The notes beneath the pieces are model-generated. The model saw only the letters and a list, made by a program, of their open reading frames with translations. It was not told where the DNA came from and searched no databases. A program made the position numbers and the translations under genes. Positions 35,900 through 46,102 of a stretch of 64,000 bases of DNA are shown here, piece by piece (position 1 is the stretch's first letter; the number at the start of each line of letters is the position of its first letter). Origin of the DNA: a virus; the IMG/VR virus record IMGVR_UViG_3300009506_003033, positions 20,499 to 84,498 of that record; one strand, 5' to 3'.

Positions 35900-37841
35900 A
35901 TCCAACAACGGTAACGGATTCAGTCGCAGTTTGTTGAGAGACATGGTGGATAATGCCATGCTCGCACGCAGCGAATTGATGGAGCGGTATTTTGATCCTC
36001 GCCGCAACCTCAACGACGAATGCGGATATCCCGAGACGAGGAAGATACAGGGGGACGACTACAGGGATCTTTACGATCGGGATCCGATAGCCGCCCGTGT
36101 GGTCGAGATATTGCCCTATGAGAGCTGGATGCTAGATCCATCTGTCATTGAAGATGAAGACGTGGAAACAATCACCAAGTTCGAGGGAGCCTTCTACGAA
36201 CTGCCCAAGAGTCTTGAGGGCGAAGAAAGTTGGTACGAGGATGAACAAGAGAACAGCATTTGGAGCTATCTGCTACGGGCGGACATTCTGAGTCGAATCG
36301 GGTGGTACGGGACGCTGCTGCTGGGAATTGACGACGGGAAGCCTCTTTCGGAGCCGGCAGAATCAAAGAAAGATCAACGACTCATCTATCTGCGTCCGTT
36401 TGACTCCACGATGTCCGTAGTCAGTCGCTGGGAGACTGATTCTGACAGTTCGCGGTTCGGCTGGCCTGCGGAATACAGCATTACTTTCGTCGACACGAAC
36501 AATGCGGCACCGTACGGACTTGGAGTCAAGAACATCACCGAGCAAGTTCACTGGAGCAGAGTCATTCACATCTGCAATAAGAGTGCGTCGAGTAACGTCG
36601 TGCACACACCGCCATTGCAGCACGTGCTCAACAGGGTACTCGATCTCCGGAAGTTGTACGCTGGCAGTGCGGAGATGTACTGGAGAGGTGCATTTCCGGG
36701 CATCAGCTTTGAAGTCGCGCCGCAACTCTTGGAAAAAGGTGTCGGCATAGGAAGCACGCGCAGGGCCGCCATACGATCCGAGATTGAGAACTACATGAAC
36801 GGGCTACAACGGTATCTGACGGCCACTGGACTGACTGCGAAGAGTCTGCCCACACAGGTTGTTGATCCGTCGCCGCAAATCGAAGTGCAACTGACGGCCA
36901 TCTGTATCCTACTGGACATCCCCAAGCGAATATTCATGGGGAGCGAGCGTGGCGAACTGTCATCGAGCCAGGACGCGGTGGACTGGCTGCGAAACCTGAA
37001 TAGTCGACAGCGGAGGCATAACACGCCAAACTTAATAGTGCCATTTGTGAACCGATGTATAAGTCTTGGCATTTTACCGAAGCCGAAAAGCTACAAGGTG
37101 ACATGGCCGGACATGTTGAACCTGAGCCCAGAGCAAAGGGCAACCATTGCCGAGAAACGCATCAAAACGATGGCGGCGTATGTTGGTGGCAACGTCGAAG
37201 CGATCATGTCTCCAATAGATTTGTACACGCGGGAACTGGATTACGACAGCAGTGAAGCCGAGCAGATACTTGATTCTGTCGAAGGGCAAGAATTTAATGA
37301 GTCAATGCCACCGCAAGCTGAAGAAGTGATACTCGAGGAGATGTTGCAGCAAGCCGACGAGGCACTGAATCAAATCGGTAGTGGACCTATCAGCGGGCAA
37401 CCAATAGGTGGTGAAGGTGAGGGAGCGTCTACGTCTTCTGATCTTGATATTGATCTATTAAGGCAGATATTAGGAGAATTGAGACGCAGAGTGGGACTGG
37501 CGACGATTGGATACATTGACAATCAGTTACTTTTCAATATTTCTACTAGAGATTTATTGATGGGAATCCTTGGAGAACTGAGGAAACTGAGGGGGGAGAA
37601 GACGCTGGGATACCGCGAAGAAGATTTCGGCGGATCGTTGTTGGATGAGACTGTTTCTGATTTTCGTGAATGGCTGGATACTGCCAAACGCATCAACGTA
37701 CGAACTGGTGAAACTATTGTATCGAAGGGCGCGAAATCGGTAGATACAATGTCCAGTTTGGCGACTATTTCAACGGCTGCCAGCATAAAAGATAAAAATC
37801 CGACTGCGGGCTTGAATATAAGAGAGAAGCAAGAATGGTGA
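35817..37841 (+). CDS. Portal protein (DUF1073-like) with C-terminal extension
   Basis: LYDRDPIAARVV, VHWSRVIH, GSAEMYW, IPKRIFMGSERGELSSSQD. Confidence 0.85.
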   Translation: MPRKTKQADPVLNINRESMPESQRTATESNNGNGFSRSLLRDMVDNAMLARSELMERYFDPRRNLNDECGYPETRKIQGDDYRDLYDRDPIAARVVEILPYESWMLDPSVIEDEDVETITKFEGAFYELPKSLEGEESWYEDEQENSIWSYLLRADILSRIGWYGTLLLGIDDGKPLSEPAESKKDQRLIYLRPFDSTMSVVSRWETDSDSSRFGWPAEYSITFVDTNNAAPYGLGVKNITEQVHWSRVIHICNKSASSNVVHTPPLQHVLNRVLDLRKLYAGSAEMYWRGAFPGISFEVAPQLLEKGVGIGSTRRAAIRSEIENYMNGLQRYLTATGLTAKSLPTQVVDPSPQIEVQLTAICILLDIPKRIFMGSERGELSSSQDAVDWLRNLNSRQRRHNTPNLIVPFVNRCISLGILPKPKSYKVTWPDMLNLSPEQRATIAEKRIKTMAAYVGGNVEAIMSPIDLYTRELDYDSSEAEQILDSVEGQEFNESMPPQAEEVILEEMLQQADEALNQIGSGPISGQPIGGEGEGASTSSDLDIDLLRQILGELRRRVGLATIGYIDNQLLFNISTRDLLMGILGELRKLRGEKTLGYREEDFGGSLLDETVSDFREWLDTAKRINVRTGETIVSKGAKSVDTMSSLATISTAASIKDKNPTAGLNIREKQEW

Positions 37842-39334
37842 AATATCTGACTGCGGTTCTATTGATGGTGCTGTTTTTGACATCGGCAGCTGCACAAGTG
37901 TATGTCGATCGAGTGATGCAGAGTACGGCAATCACTGGCACTGGCACTTATAGCTTGTCCGGTACCAATGTCGGATATAAGACATTCGTCGATGGTGTCG
38001 GGAGCGGCAATCAATGTCCCTATTGTGCCGTCATGGGGAATGATTGGGAAGTCGGTATTGGAACAGTGATAGATGCAGCTACTGATACGTTATCGAGGGA
38101 TACTATTCTGGCATCAACGAATGGCGGAGCTGCTGTGGATTGGACTGGTGGAACGAAAACGATCTTTGTGACGATGCCGGCTGCGTTTGGTAATGTTGGA
38201 TTTGTGACAACATCTCTTTCAAGTGCCATCAGTAACGAAAGATTATTAACCGGAAGCGCCAATGAGATCACCGTCACCGACGGCGGGGCAGGCAATAACG
38301 TTACGCTGTCGCTTCCCAGTGGAGTCAACCTCGGAGACGCTTCTTATCTCGCAACGGACGAGGTGCGGGCGTATGATAATGCGGGTCTCAAACTGTACGA
38401 AGATGAAGGAAGCGGTATCTTTGTACAGGATTCAACAGGCTTCATTGGCATCGGGACGACGGCGCCGAACACTTTATTAGATGTTAATACTAGTTCACAG
38501 GGTCAAGGGGTAATCGCCGGAAATATGTTTATAGGAGTTTGGAATGCGAACTCTGATTATGCTGTAGTATCTCACAAGAATTTTAGAACTACAAATGCAA
38601 GCACGAAATATGCTTTCATCCAAAGAGATAACGGAGAGACTTATTTTAATTCTCCAACGGTTTTGCACTTTAATGGTAATGGAAACGGAAAGATGAATCT
38701 TTACGTCTCTGGTGGTTTAGCTATTGGAGATATTTTTGATGATACTGACCCTGGAGCAGACAATGTAATAATAGAAGGCACCGTTGGCATCGGGACGACG
38801 GCGTCGAATAGTACAATGGAAATCAACGCCGCCACCGGAGGTACCCTGCGCCTGACGTACAACGACTCGAACGGCAGCGCCACGGATCACGCTGACTTGG
38901 CAACGGATTCAAACGGCGGGCTGACTGTGACGACCACCGATGGCGACGGGGCGGCGGGGAATATTACGCTAACCCCAGACGGTAACACAGTTATTAGTAT
39001 TGGTAATGTCACGCTGACCGATGGTGCGGTAGCAGCTGCACCGGAGACGGTGGCCACGCTCGGCGTTGGTGTAACAACGTTCGCGGTAGACTCGAATCTG
39101 TGTGTGATTACTGGGGACGGTGGCGGAAACACGGTGGCGACGATTACTGGTGGTGTGACCGGACAGATGCTCGTGCTATTGTTTACGGATGCCAATATCA
39201 CGATCACGGATACCGACGCACATACAGCCAACACAGTGGACTTGTCGGCGGCGTTCACGAGTGCGGACGATACAACGTTGACACTGGTATTTGATGGTAC
39301 TTCGTGGTATGAGACATCGCGAAGTGCAAATTAG
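37835..39334 (+). CDS. Fibre-like structural protein with apparent signal peptide
   Basis: DRV..TGTG..WEVGIG..TLSR N-domain and G.IGIGTT.P repeats; hydrophobic N-terminus ending in AAA. Confidence 0.7.
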   Translation: MVKYLTAVLLMVLFLTSAAAQVYVDRVMQSTAITGTGTYSLSGTNVGYKTFVDGVGSGNQCPYCAVMGNDWEVGIGTVIDAATDTLSRDTILASTNGGAAVDWTGGTKTIFVTMPAAFGNVGFVTTSLSSAISNERLLTGSANEITVTDGGAGNNVTLSLPSGVNLGDASYLATDEVRAYDNAGLKLYEDEGSGIFVQDSTGFIGIGTTAPNTLLDVNTSSQGQGVIAGNMFIGVWNANSDYAVVSHKNFRTTNASTKYAFIQRDNGETYFNSPTVLHFNGNGNGKMNLYVSGGLAIGDIFDDTDPGADNVIIEGTVGIGTTASNSTMEINAATGGTLRLTYNDSNGSATDHADLATDSNGGLTVTTTDGDGAAGNITLTPDGNTVISIGNVTLTDGAVAAAPETVATLGVGVTTFAVDSNLCVITGDGGGNTVATITGGVTGQMLVLLFTDANITITDTDAHTANTVDLSAAFTSADDTTLTLVFDGTSWYETSRSAN

Positions 39335-39343
39335 GAGATAGAA

Positions 39344-39817
39344 ATGAAACGACGTGAATTATTGACATCTTTGACCGCCGCCCCCTTGGCAGTATTGGTA
39401 GCCGGAGAGGCTTCATCTTCTGTAAACATTGGACCGCTCTTGGCCAGTCAAGCGGTCGGTGCACTCGAACTTGCCCGCCTGCGCATCGTTCTTGATCTGG
39501 TAAGAGATGGAATCGTAACTACGCCAGCAAACTACACGCAAGACAAGGTAGACTACCTCGACTTGGCAACGGTAAACAAGTACGTACTGCCGTTCTTGCG
39601 CGTCTGGAGCAAGTTCACGCAGGAACAGCTCGATGCGATGACCGTCGAGCAGCAGGCACTTGCCGTGATGGACCGGCTAAAGTGGTTCTTCCGATACGCC
39701 TACGTCAGCGAGCAGTCTGACATGAAGACATCGCAGCAGACGGCGATTGATACGTCTACGGCGACGGCGAGGACAGATCTTGGCGAAGACGAGTTCTCTT
39801 TACCAGAGCCAGAGTAG
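39344..39817 (+). CDS. Protein with Tat-like leader
   Basis: MKRRELLTSLTAAPLAVLVA. Confidence 0.6.
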   Translation: MKRRELLTSLTAAPLAVLVAGEASSSVNIGPLLASQAVGALELARLRIVLDLVRDGIVTTPANYTQDKVDYLDLATVNKYVLPFLRVWSKFTQEQLDAMTVEQQALAVMDRLKWFFRYAYVSEQSDMKTSQQTAIDTSTATARTDLGEDEFSLPEPE

Positions 39818-39948
39818 CCGTGTGCAGTTCCTCTGTTGACGCTTTTTGATTAGTGCAACGATTGCCGAAGGAGGGCCGCAGATGGGCACGATGCGCAGAT
39901 GGATGGTCGCCGTCTGTGGCTTTGAATTTACTATCAGAAAGAGAAACC

Positions 39949-40359
39949 ATGAAAGATAAAATGCAATGTAATTTCGATACGATGACGATAGAAAGACTTC
40001 GTATGGTATTAGAGCAGCAAGTGTCATTCAAGACGAACAGAATTTTAAATCTCCGCCCGATTGAACTGTTCAAACGCGAAGGCGATATACTCGTGATGCG
40101 AGTTGAAGCTGGGATTGCAGCACTTCCGGAGAAGACAGTATCCATACATAAACGATGGCCATCTAATTGGTTACAATCCCTCAAGGAACGATGGGCTCCT
40201 CGATGGTGGAGAAATCGGTGGCCAGTACAGTATGAACGAATCGATGTTGAACAGAAAATATATAAGGCAGTTTGTCCGCATATTAGATTTGATGATGACT
40301 GCTATAAGTTTCTAGTCGAAAGAGAATGTTGCGGAATACTGGAAGAACAGTCTGGATGA
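39949..40359 (+). CDS. Hypothetical protein
   Basis: WPSNWLQSLKERWAPRW motif. Confidence 0.55.
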   Translation: MKDKMQCNFDTMTIERLRMVLEQQVSFKTNRILNLRPIELFKREGDILVMRVEAGIAALPEKTVSIHKRWPSNWLQSLKERWAPRWWRNRWPVQYERIDVEQKIYKAVCPHIRFDDDCYKFLVERECCGILEEQSG

Positions 40360-40484
40360 AAACAAGAAGCCTGCTAAAGCGGGCCGTGCGATGGCTAATC
40401 TTGGTCCACTGGAGAATCGCACGGGTATATCCCCATGCATCTCCGGGCATTGTATCACACTAGCAGCGATAAAAAAGGGAAATT

Positions 40485-41237
40485 ATGATTACGTGGAAAA
40501 TCATCGGAGACACGCCGCAAGCTCCGGCCGTCATTGAAGGATATACGCTCGGCAATGTCATAGCAGAACGTTTCGCGATAGATTGGCAATTACCGCCAGC
40601 ACCAGAGCATCCGACATGGCAAGTGAAAATCGGAAATGTAGCTGTGAAAGCTGAAGGAAAGTCTTCAGACGGCATCGATGAACTGTTGAAGATAGAAGGC
40701 GTGGCGCATACAGATGTTACCGTGCTGTTTGACGGCACGCTCTATTCGTTTGCGAGGCGTATTCAGTTGCAGGCTAATTGTTCGGCTGTGATGATGGCTC
40801 CGAATGGAGTAGCACAGCCACTATCTCCGATTTCTTATTTCACTGTGCCATTAATATTGGAAGTCGTGCCTGGACCTGCTCGATCGAATCCGATCTGGTC
40901 AAGAGCAGTGGGTACTGAATTGCGAGAAGCTTTTCGCGGCATCAGAGCGCAGACTTTCGCCAATGCGCCACTTATTTTACGCTTTGGATCAGCTGAATGG
41001 ATTGCACCGATGACAGAAGCAGATATCAAATCAGTCAAAATAGAAGCGACGGACAAATGTGCCATCTGCAACCATTCACACGCCACGACTGATTTGTTGC
41101 CGGATGTCACTTGGATCCTTTTAGAGGACGGAAGCGGAATTGAGATGTGGCCGTCGAACTGTCAACCATACGAACGGTATCGTATAATCGTAGACAGGGG
41201 CACCGCCAAAACCATCGTACACTTGCGGACGCAATGA
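40485..41237 (+). CDS. Hypothetical protein
   Basis: 250-aa ORF coupled to the MuF start. Confidence 0.6.
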   Translation: MITWKIIGDTPQAPAVIEGYTLGNVIAERFAIDWQLPPAPEHPTWQVKIGNVAVKAEGKSSDGIDELLKIEGVAHTDVTVLFDGTLYSFARRIQLQANCSAVMMAPNGVAQPLSPISYFTVPLILEVVPGPARSNPIWSRAVGTELREAFRGIRAQTFANAPLILRFGSAEWIAPMTEADIKSVKIEATDKCAICNHSHATTDLLPDVTWILLEDGSGIEMWPSNCQPYERYRIIVDRGTAKTIVHLRTQ

Positions 41238-44200
41238 AAAGATTGAAGGTATTAGCAACCATGCCTGTGCAGCCATGCAAACGCAACGGAAAGAGAGGAT
41301 GGCGATGGGGCCAGCACGGCAAATGTTATCTCGGTTCAGGAGCAAAGGCGTTAGCTGACAAGCAGGGGCGTGCCATACGAGCCAGCGGATGGACCGGAAA
41401 TGAAGCTAAGCAACAAGCAGGTGATGATTCTGACAAGACGTTGCTGGAAGAGATTGTACATAGTTGCCTATGTACTTCTGCGCAGAAAGCGAAAGGGCAA
41501 CCGAACCCGCTGAGACGCGATCCAACTCGCATGGCGACGCTAAAACGACGTTTCGTTGCCGAGTTGAACCGCAAGCTGAATAAAATCAAAAAGGCAATCT
41601 ATGATCTGATCATCACCGAAGATGCTTTCGGATTGTCTGTCAAGGAACCGTCCATTCGGGATTTTCTGGCTAACGCGAGTACGGCGCTCGCCGCACGGCT
41701 CCCCGAGCTTTCATCTCTTTCATTCGGGGAGCCACTTTCTGAACCACCGAGAGAGCTCCCTGGGGCACTTCAAGGCGATCCTTGTCCTGGGGAGCTTATT
41801 TCACAAGAGGGATTGGATGATGATAGATGTGGACATCGAAAAATTGAGAAAGGCATTCAAAAAGGAATACGAGATACACAGGACAGCCTTCGACGAAATT
41901 CTGAAAATCAGTCGATTGCGAACGGAACAATGGATAGTGCCAGATCACAATTTGATGGAGACGCTGGAGAATTTGGGCTACGACGGGACACAGAACGTGC
42001 AGATATTCTTCTCCGCAACCAACGATTCCGATTCGGAAGCACTCAAGAGAAAGTAAACCAATTCGAGGAATGGCTGAAGACAGTTCTACAACTGCATCTG
42101 TCATCGTCCGAAGCAGTGAAGGATACCTACTGGTACAAGTTTATTGAAGAAGGCTACCAAAAGGGAGCTGGCCGGGCGTTCGATGACACGAAGCAGGCGC
42201 AACGAGTAGCGGCTGAAGAAAACCCAGAGAAGTGGTCGTTTTATCAGGGAGGAAAGGAACAGTTTCTGCGGTCATCGTTTGCTAGGCCAGAATCTATCGA
42301 CAAAGTGAAGCTGTTGGCTGGGCGGACGTTCGACGAGCTGAAGGGCATGTCAGACGACATGCGGAACAGAATGCGGCGAACGCTGCTGGATGGACTAGTG
42401 CAGGGCAAAGGGGTGATGCCCATCGTCAGGGATTTGTCGAAGGCCATCGACATCAGCCGCGACAGAGCGAAGACGATAGTCAGGACGGAACTGACGCGGA
42501 CACACTCGGAAGGCGCTCTTGATTCAATGGAACAGCTCGGTGTTGAGAAAGTCGGAGCCATGGTGGAATGGTCCACGGCAGGCTATAACGTGTGTCCCCT
42601 CTGTGCGCCTATGGAAGGCGTGGTGATGACGCTGAAAGAGATGCGAGGGTTGATCCCGCGCCATCCGAACTGCTTTGTAAATCCGAAGACATACGTTAGG
42701 ACAGACAAAGGATGGAGATCGATCGATAGTATCGGAGTTGGCGATTGGGTTCTAACGCACAGGGCGAGATATAAGCAAGTCACTCAGGTACATAGAAATG
42801 AACTGGAGTGCATTGTTGTTGATATTGTCATAGGTGATCAGCGGCTAGAAGTGACAGCCGATCATCCAATTCGCACGCTGCATGGACCATGGACACCAGC
42901 GAAGCAGATTCACATTAGGGATGTGCTAGAGGTGATTTGTTGGACGGACGATCGTACATATTATAACGCACATTCGGATGTCGATAAGATACATATCAAT
43001 GCCGCGCAGATGCACAAAACGTATAATCTTTCCGTCGAAGCAGACGAGTCATATATAGTATTTGGAGGAACACAGAATCACGCACAAACAATGGGATTCA
43101 TCGTGCATAATTGTGCATGCACACCGATCCCAGCCAATGTAGGCGAACCCGTCGATCGCAGTCGTACCATCACCGTGAAGAAAGGAAGTGGCGAAGCGAA
43201 ATCGGAAACCGTCGAGGGCCAGACTCGCGGGAAAGAGGGCGTACAGCGGGCGATAGACAAGAGCATCGCGGCAGAGATTCCGAAGACCAAGCCGCGAAGT
43301 CTGGATGAACAGAAAGAATTGACGCGATGGCCAGGTGCAGATGTGCGGATAGCGAAAGAGAGGCCGGTGAGTCCGCTGGAAATTAAGCCAGGGGAGAAGC
43401 CATCGGTGCCTCTAGAAAGGATACCATCTAGAGTACCAGGCGAAGCAAAACCGGGAGCGAAAGAGATGACATTCCCTTATCACAAAGATGTAGAAAACAT
43501 ACGACAGACGGTAATGGCGCAAATAAAGGATGTCACAGCGATTGAAGATTTAGAGGCGAAGATAGAAGAAGCAAAATGGATCCAATTAGGCAATGTGACA
43601 AAAATAGACATGTTGGCGGGTGATTGGAAATCGGGACGGATCACAAAAAAGGAATATTTGAATCAAATGAGAGAGTTGAAAGCGAGTTCCAAGGAGCTTG
43701 ATAAACTAGAGAATCAAAGACGGAAACTCCTGGATGCATACAACAAAAAAGCAAGAAAAATTTGTGAATTGCCAACGTCGGAACGAATCAAGATCGAGGT
43801 CATTAGTGAGGAAACCGACGCCCATTTCAACGCAAAGCTGAGGAAGGCCAAATCATTCGTCGAATCCGTAACGTCGCGAAATACTGAAATGCCGAGGGAG
43901 ATGAGGGCCACGATGCTGGCTGACACTGAAAGATCATACCACGAAGCATCAACTGGAATACATTGCATGAGGTGGATCGACGTAAAATCATTCGTGCACG
44001 AGATTGGGCACCATGTGGAAAGCACGTCAAAGAATGGAACGAAGTTAGCAAGGCAATTTTTAAAGAAGAGAATCACAAGGAGCGGCACTGCCGACGTGAA
44101 ATTAGCGGATCTAAATCCGATATATGCTGATGATGAAATCGGAAACGGAGATGGATTTGGAAAGTTATTTGGAGAACGATCTATCGCCGCCTACTGCGGA

Positions 44201-44332
44201 AAGAAATACGCGGATGCAACAGAAATTATTTCAATGGGTATAGCGGAGTTATATGATAATCCAGTGCATTTTGCTAGGACAGATCCGGATTATTTTAATT
44301 TCATAATATCCTATCTCCGAGGGATGCTATGA
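41234..44332 (+). CDS. MuF/SPP1 gp7-like head morphogenesis protein with mini-intein and HExxH C-terminal domain
   Basis: RAKTIVRTE, EWSTAG..VCPLC..IPRHPN|C; C-terminal HEIGHH..TEIISMG. Confidence 0.85.
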   Translation: MKRLKVLATMPVQPCKRNGKRGWRWGQHGKCYLGSGAKALADKQGRAIRASGWTGNEAKQQAGDDSDKTLLEEIVHSCLCTSAQKAKGQPNPLRRDPTRMATLKRRFVAELNRKLNKIKKAIYDLIITEDAFGLSVKEPSIRDFLANASTALAARLPELSSLSFGEPLSEPPRELPGALQGDPCPGELISQEGLDDDRCGHRKIEKGIQKGIRDTQDSLRRNSENQSIANGTMDSARSQFDGDAGEFGLRRDTERADILLRNQRFRFGSTQEKVNQFEEWLKTVLQLHLSSSEAVKDTYWYKFIEEGYQKGAGRAFDDTKQAQRVAAEENPEKWSFYQGGKEQFLRSSFARPESIDKVKLLAGRTFDELKGMSDDMRNRMRRTLLDGLVQGKGVMPIVRDLSKAIDISRDRAKTIVRTELTRTHSEGALDSMEQLGVEKVGAMVEWSTAGYNVCPLCAPMEGVVMTLKEMRGLIPRHPNCFVNPKTYVRTDKGWRSIDSIGVGDWVLTHRARYKQVTQVHRNELECIVVDIVIGDQRLEVTADHPIRTLHGPWTPAKQIHIRDVLEVICWTDDRTYYNAHSDVDKIHINAAQMHKTYNLSVEADESYIVFGGTQNHAQTMGFIVHNCACTPIPANVGEPVDRSRTITVKKGSGEAKSETVEGQTRGKEGVQRAIDKSIAAEIPKTKPRSLDEQKELTRWPGADVRIAKERPVSPLEIKPGEKPSVPLERIPSRVPGEAKPGAKEMTFPYHKDVENIRQTVMAQIKDVTAIEDLEAKIEEAKWIQLGNVTKIDMLAGDWKSGRITKKEYLNQMRELKASSKELDKLENQRRKLLDAYNKKARKICELPTSERIKIEVISEETDAHFNAKLRKAKSFVESVTSRNTEMPREMRATMLADTERSYHEASTGIHCMRWIDVKSFVHEIGHHVESTSKNGTKLARQFLKKRITRSGTADVKLADLNPIYADDEIGNGDGFGKLFGERSIAAYCGKKYADATEIISMGIAELYDNPVHFARTDPDYFNFIISYLRGML
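42671..43111 (+). mobile_element. Mini-intein (147 aa, no endonuclease)
   Basis: HPN|CFVNPKT..VTADHP..TYNLSVEADESY..IVHN|C. Confidence 0.92.
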
Positions 44333-44568
44333 GACAAATAAAAATGAAAAATATAGAGGCTGCGATGGATGACGCGGGAATTTGGACGAGCGAAACGCCT
44401 GGCGTGGCGTCATATTTACAACTATTGAGTGATCGTATAGCGAGAAGCATTGGACCAGAAGACGGAGATTTCATCGCAGCGAAGTTCTACAGGACGGTGG
44501 CAGGAATACGCGGAGCGAAGGTCAGTGATACTAGTATCATTCATGGAGTTGCTGGGAGAATCTATTGA
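44329..44568 (+). CDS. Small protein coupled to MuF (possible immunity or partner protein)
   Basis: ATGA overlap with the MuF stop; 79 aa. Confidence 0.55.
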   Translation: MRQIKMKNIEAAMDDAGIWTSETPGVASYLQLLSDRIARSIGPEDGDFIAAKFYRTVAGIRGAKVSDTSIIHGVAGRIY

Positions 44569-44580
44569 AAGAGGTGTGAG

Positions 44581-45564
44581 ATGAAGAATCTAGTGCTGCT
44601 GTTGTTGTTGTCCGTGCCATGCCAGGCCATGGAGATCACTCTACACGGGCACATGCATCACGTAGAGGGCCGACCGGCGATGAAGTATGGCATCCTCGAA
44701 AATGCCGAGGCGTACTTCACTATTCACTTCGATGACTGCTGGGTTGATCCGTTCTTGTGGACACGGTGCGGATTGCTGGAGGAATACCAGCCCGAGGTAT
44801 GCCATAGCTACGAGATGGATGCGAACATCACTGGGCGCATCATGGCGGACGACGGCGGATGGTGGCAATGGCAATACGTGCCGGCGATCTGGGAAGATCC
44901 CTACAGCAGATTGACGGTAGGCGAGTACACGGTGATCGTGATCAACACCATAATGAGCAGTACCATTCGATTCCCCGGAATGTATCAACTGGATGCTTAC
45001 GATAATATGGGGCATTTGGTTGAGCGGGATGTCGAGTGGCAGCTCAGTCCAATCAGACTCGATATTGGTACATCCAGTGGATCGTTTGGAGAACCCGATA
45101 GATATTGGCCATCAGGTGAGAGGCTGATAGATTTGCCGACGATGACGAATCTGCCACAATATTTAGTGTCTGCATTGTACATGGACTGGGATAAGCCACC
45201 GACGTATTGTTTGGGGTGCATGACCCGCTTTGATTTGGATGCCATCACGGTAGTGCAGGATACCTTGTCGCCTGGCGATGCCAACGGCGATGGCGTGTTC
45301 AACCAGATGGACATTGTAGAAGTGATGCAGGCTGGCACCTACATGACAGGTGGGATAGCGGCCTGGAGCGAGGGTGACTGGAATGCTGACGGGGTATTTA
45401 ATCAGTTCGACATCGTGCAGGCGATGATGGCTGGAGAGTATGCCGTCAACAACGCAGCAGTGATGACAGTGCCAGAACCAACAACAAAAACCATGATTGG
45501 TGGTGCATTGATATTGGTACTTTTTTTTGTAACTGGATTTGCGCTAGGCAGAAATAGGAGATAA
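44581..45564 (+). CDS. Secreted dockerin-like / PEP-CTERM surface protein
   Basis: Signal peptide; PGDANGDGVFNQMD..GDWNADGVFNQFD; VPEP plus TM helix plus RNRR. Confidence 0.85.
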   Translation: MKNLVLLLLLSVPCQAMEITLHGHMHHVEGRPAMKYGILENAEAYFTIHFDDCWVDPFLWTRCGLLEEYQPEVCHSYEMDANITGRIMADDGGWWQWQYVPAIWEDPYSRLTVGEYTVIVINTIMSSTIRFPGMYQLDAYDNMGHLVERDVEWQLSPIRLDIGTSSGSFGEPDRYWPSGERLIDLPTMTNLPQYLVSALYMDWDKPPTYCLGCMTRFDLDAITVVQDTLSPGDANGDGVFNQMDIVEVMQAGTYMTGGIAAWSEGDWNADGVFNQFDIVQAMMAGEYAVNNAAVMTVPEPTTKTMIGGALILVLFFVTGFALGRNRR

Positions 45565-45579
45565 GACAGAGAGAAATCC

Positions 45580-45777
45580 ATGAAAGATTACAACGGAGCG
45601 GATATCGAGAACGTGTGTCCGAGATGTCATTCGCCGCATCTGCTAGTGCATCTATCCAAAGACAAGAATCACGAGGGGCGAAAAGTAGTCGTGGATTGTC
45701 GGACATGTGGCCTGCGGATTACGAGGCAAAAATGTATCCATGATGCACTGGTGGCTGCACAGGCAAGTTGTTATTGA
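45580..45777 (+). CDS. Zn-finger protein
   Basis: CPRC..CRTC. Confidence 0.5.
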   Translation: MKDYNGADIENVCPRCHSPHLLVHLSKDKNHEGRKVVVDCRTCGLRITRQKCIHDALVAAQASCY

Positions 45778-45783
45778 AGTACG

Positions 45784-46026
45784 ATGTCCGGATTCACACC
45801 TACCGAGCAGGCTCTCTTGGACATGCTCGCCGATGGCCGCAGCCACTCGAAACGTGAATTGAGTACATGTCTTCGAGATGACATGGCTGAACCCGTCACA
45901 CTGCGGAGGCACATCTTTAATCTTCGGAAGAAGCTACGCGGGCAGGGACATCTCATCATTTGCGAACTGGTGGACAGCAAAGTTTTCTACAATCTGCGCC
46001 GCAATACCGGTGCGTATGACGAATGA
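45784..46026 (+). CDS. Winged-helix DNA-binding protein
   Basis: FTPTEQALLDMLADG..SKREL..HIFNLRKKL. Confidence 0.7.
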   Translation: MSGFTPTEQALLDMLADGRSHSKRELSTCLRDDMAEPVTLRRHIFNLRKKLRGQGHLIICELVDSKVFYNLRRNTGAYDE

Positions 46027-46102
46027 TATCACCCGTCAACTAGTGTTGATTATAAGCGGAGTGGTATGTCCACTATAGACATGTCCCCATATCGTTGGGG
46101 AT

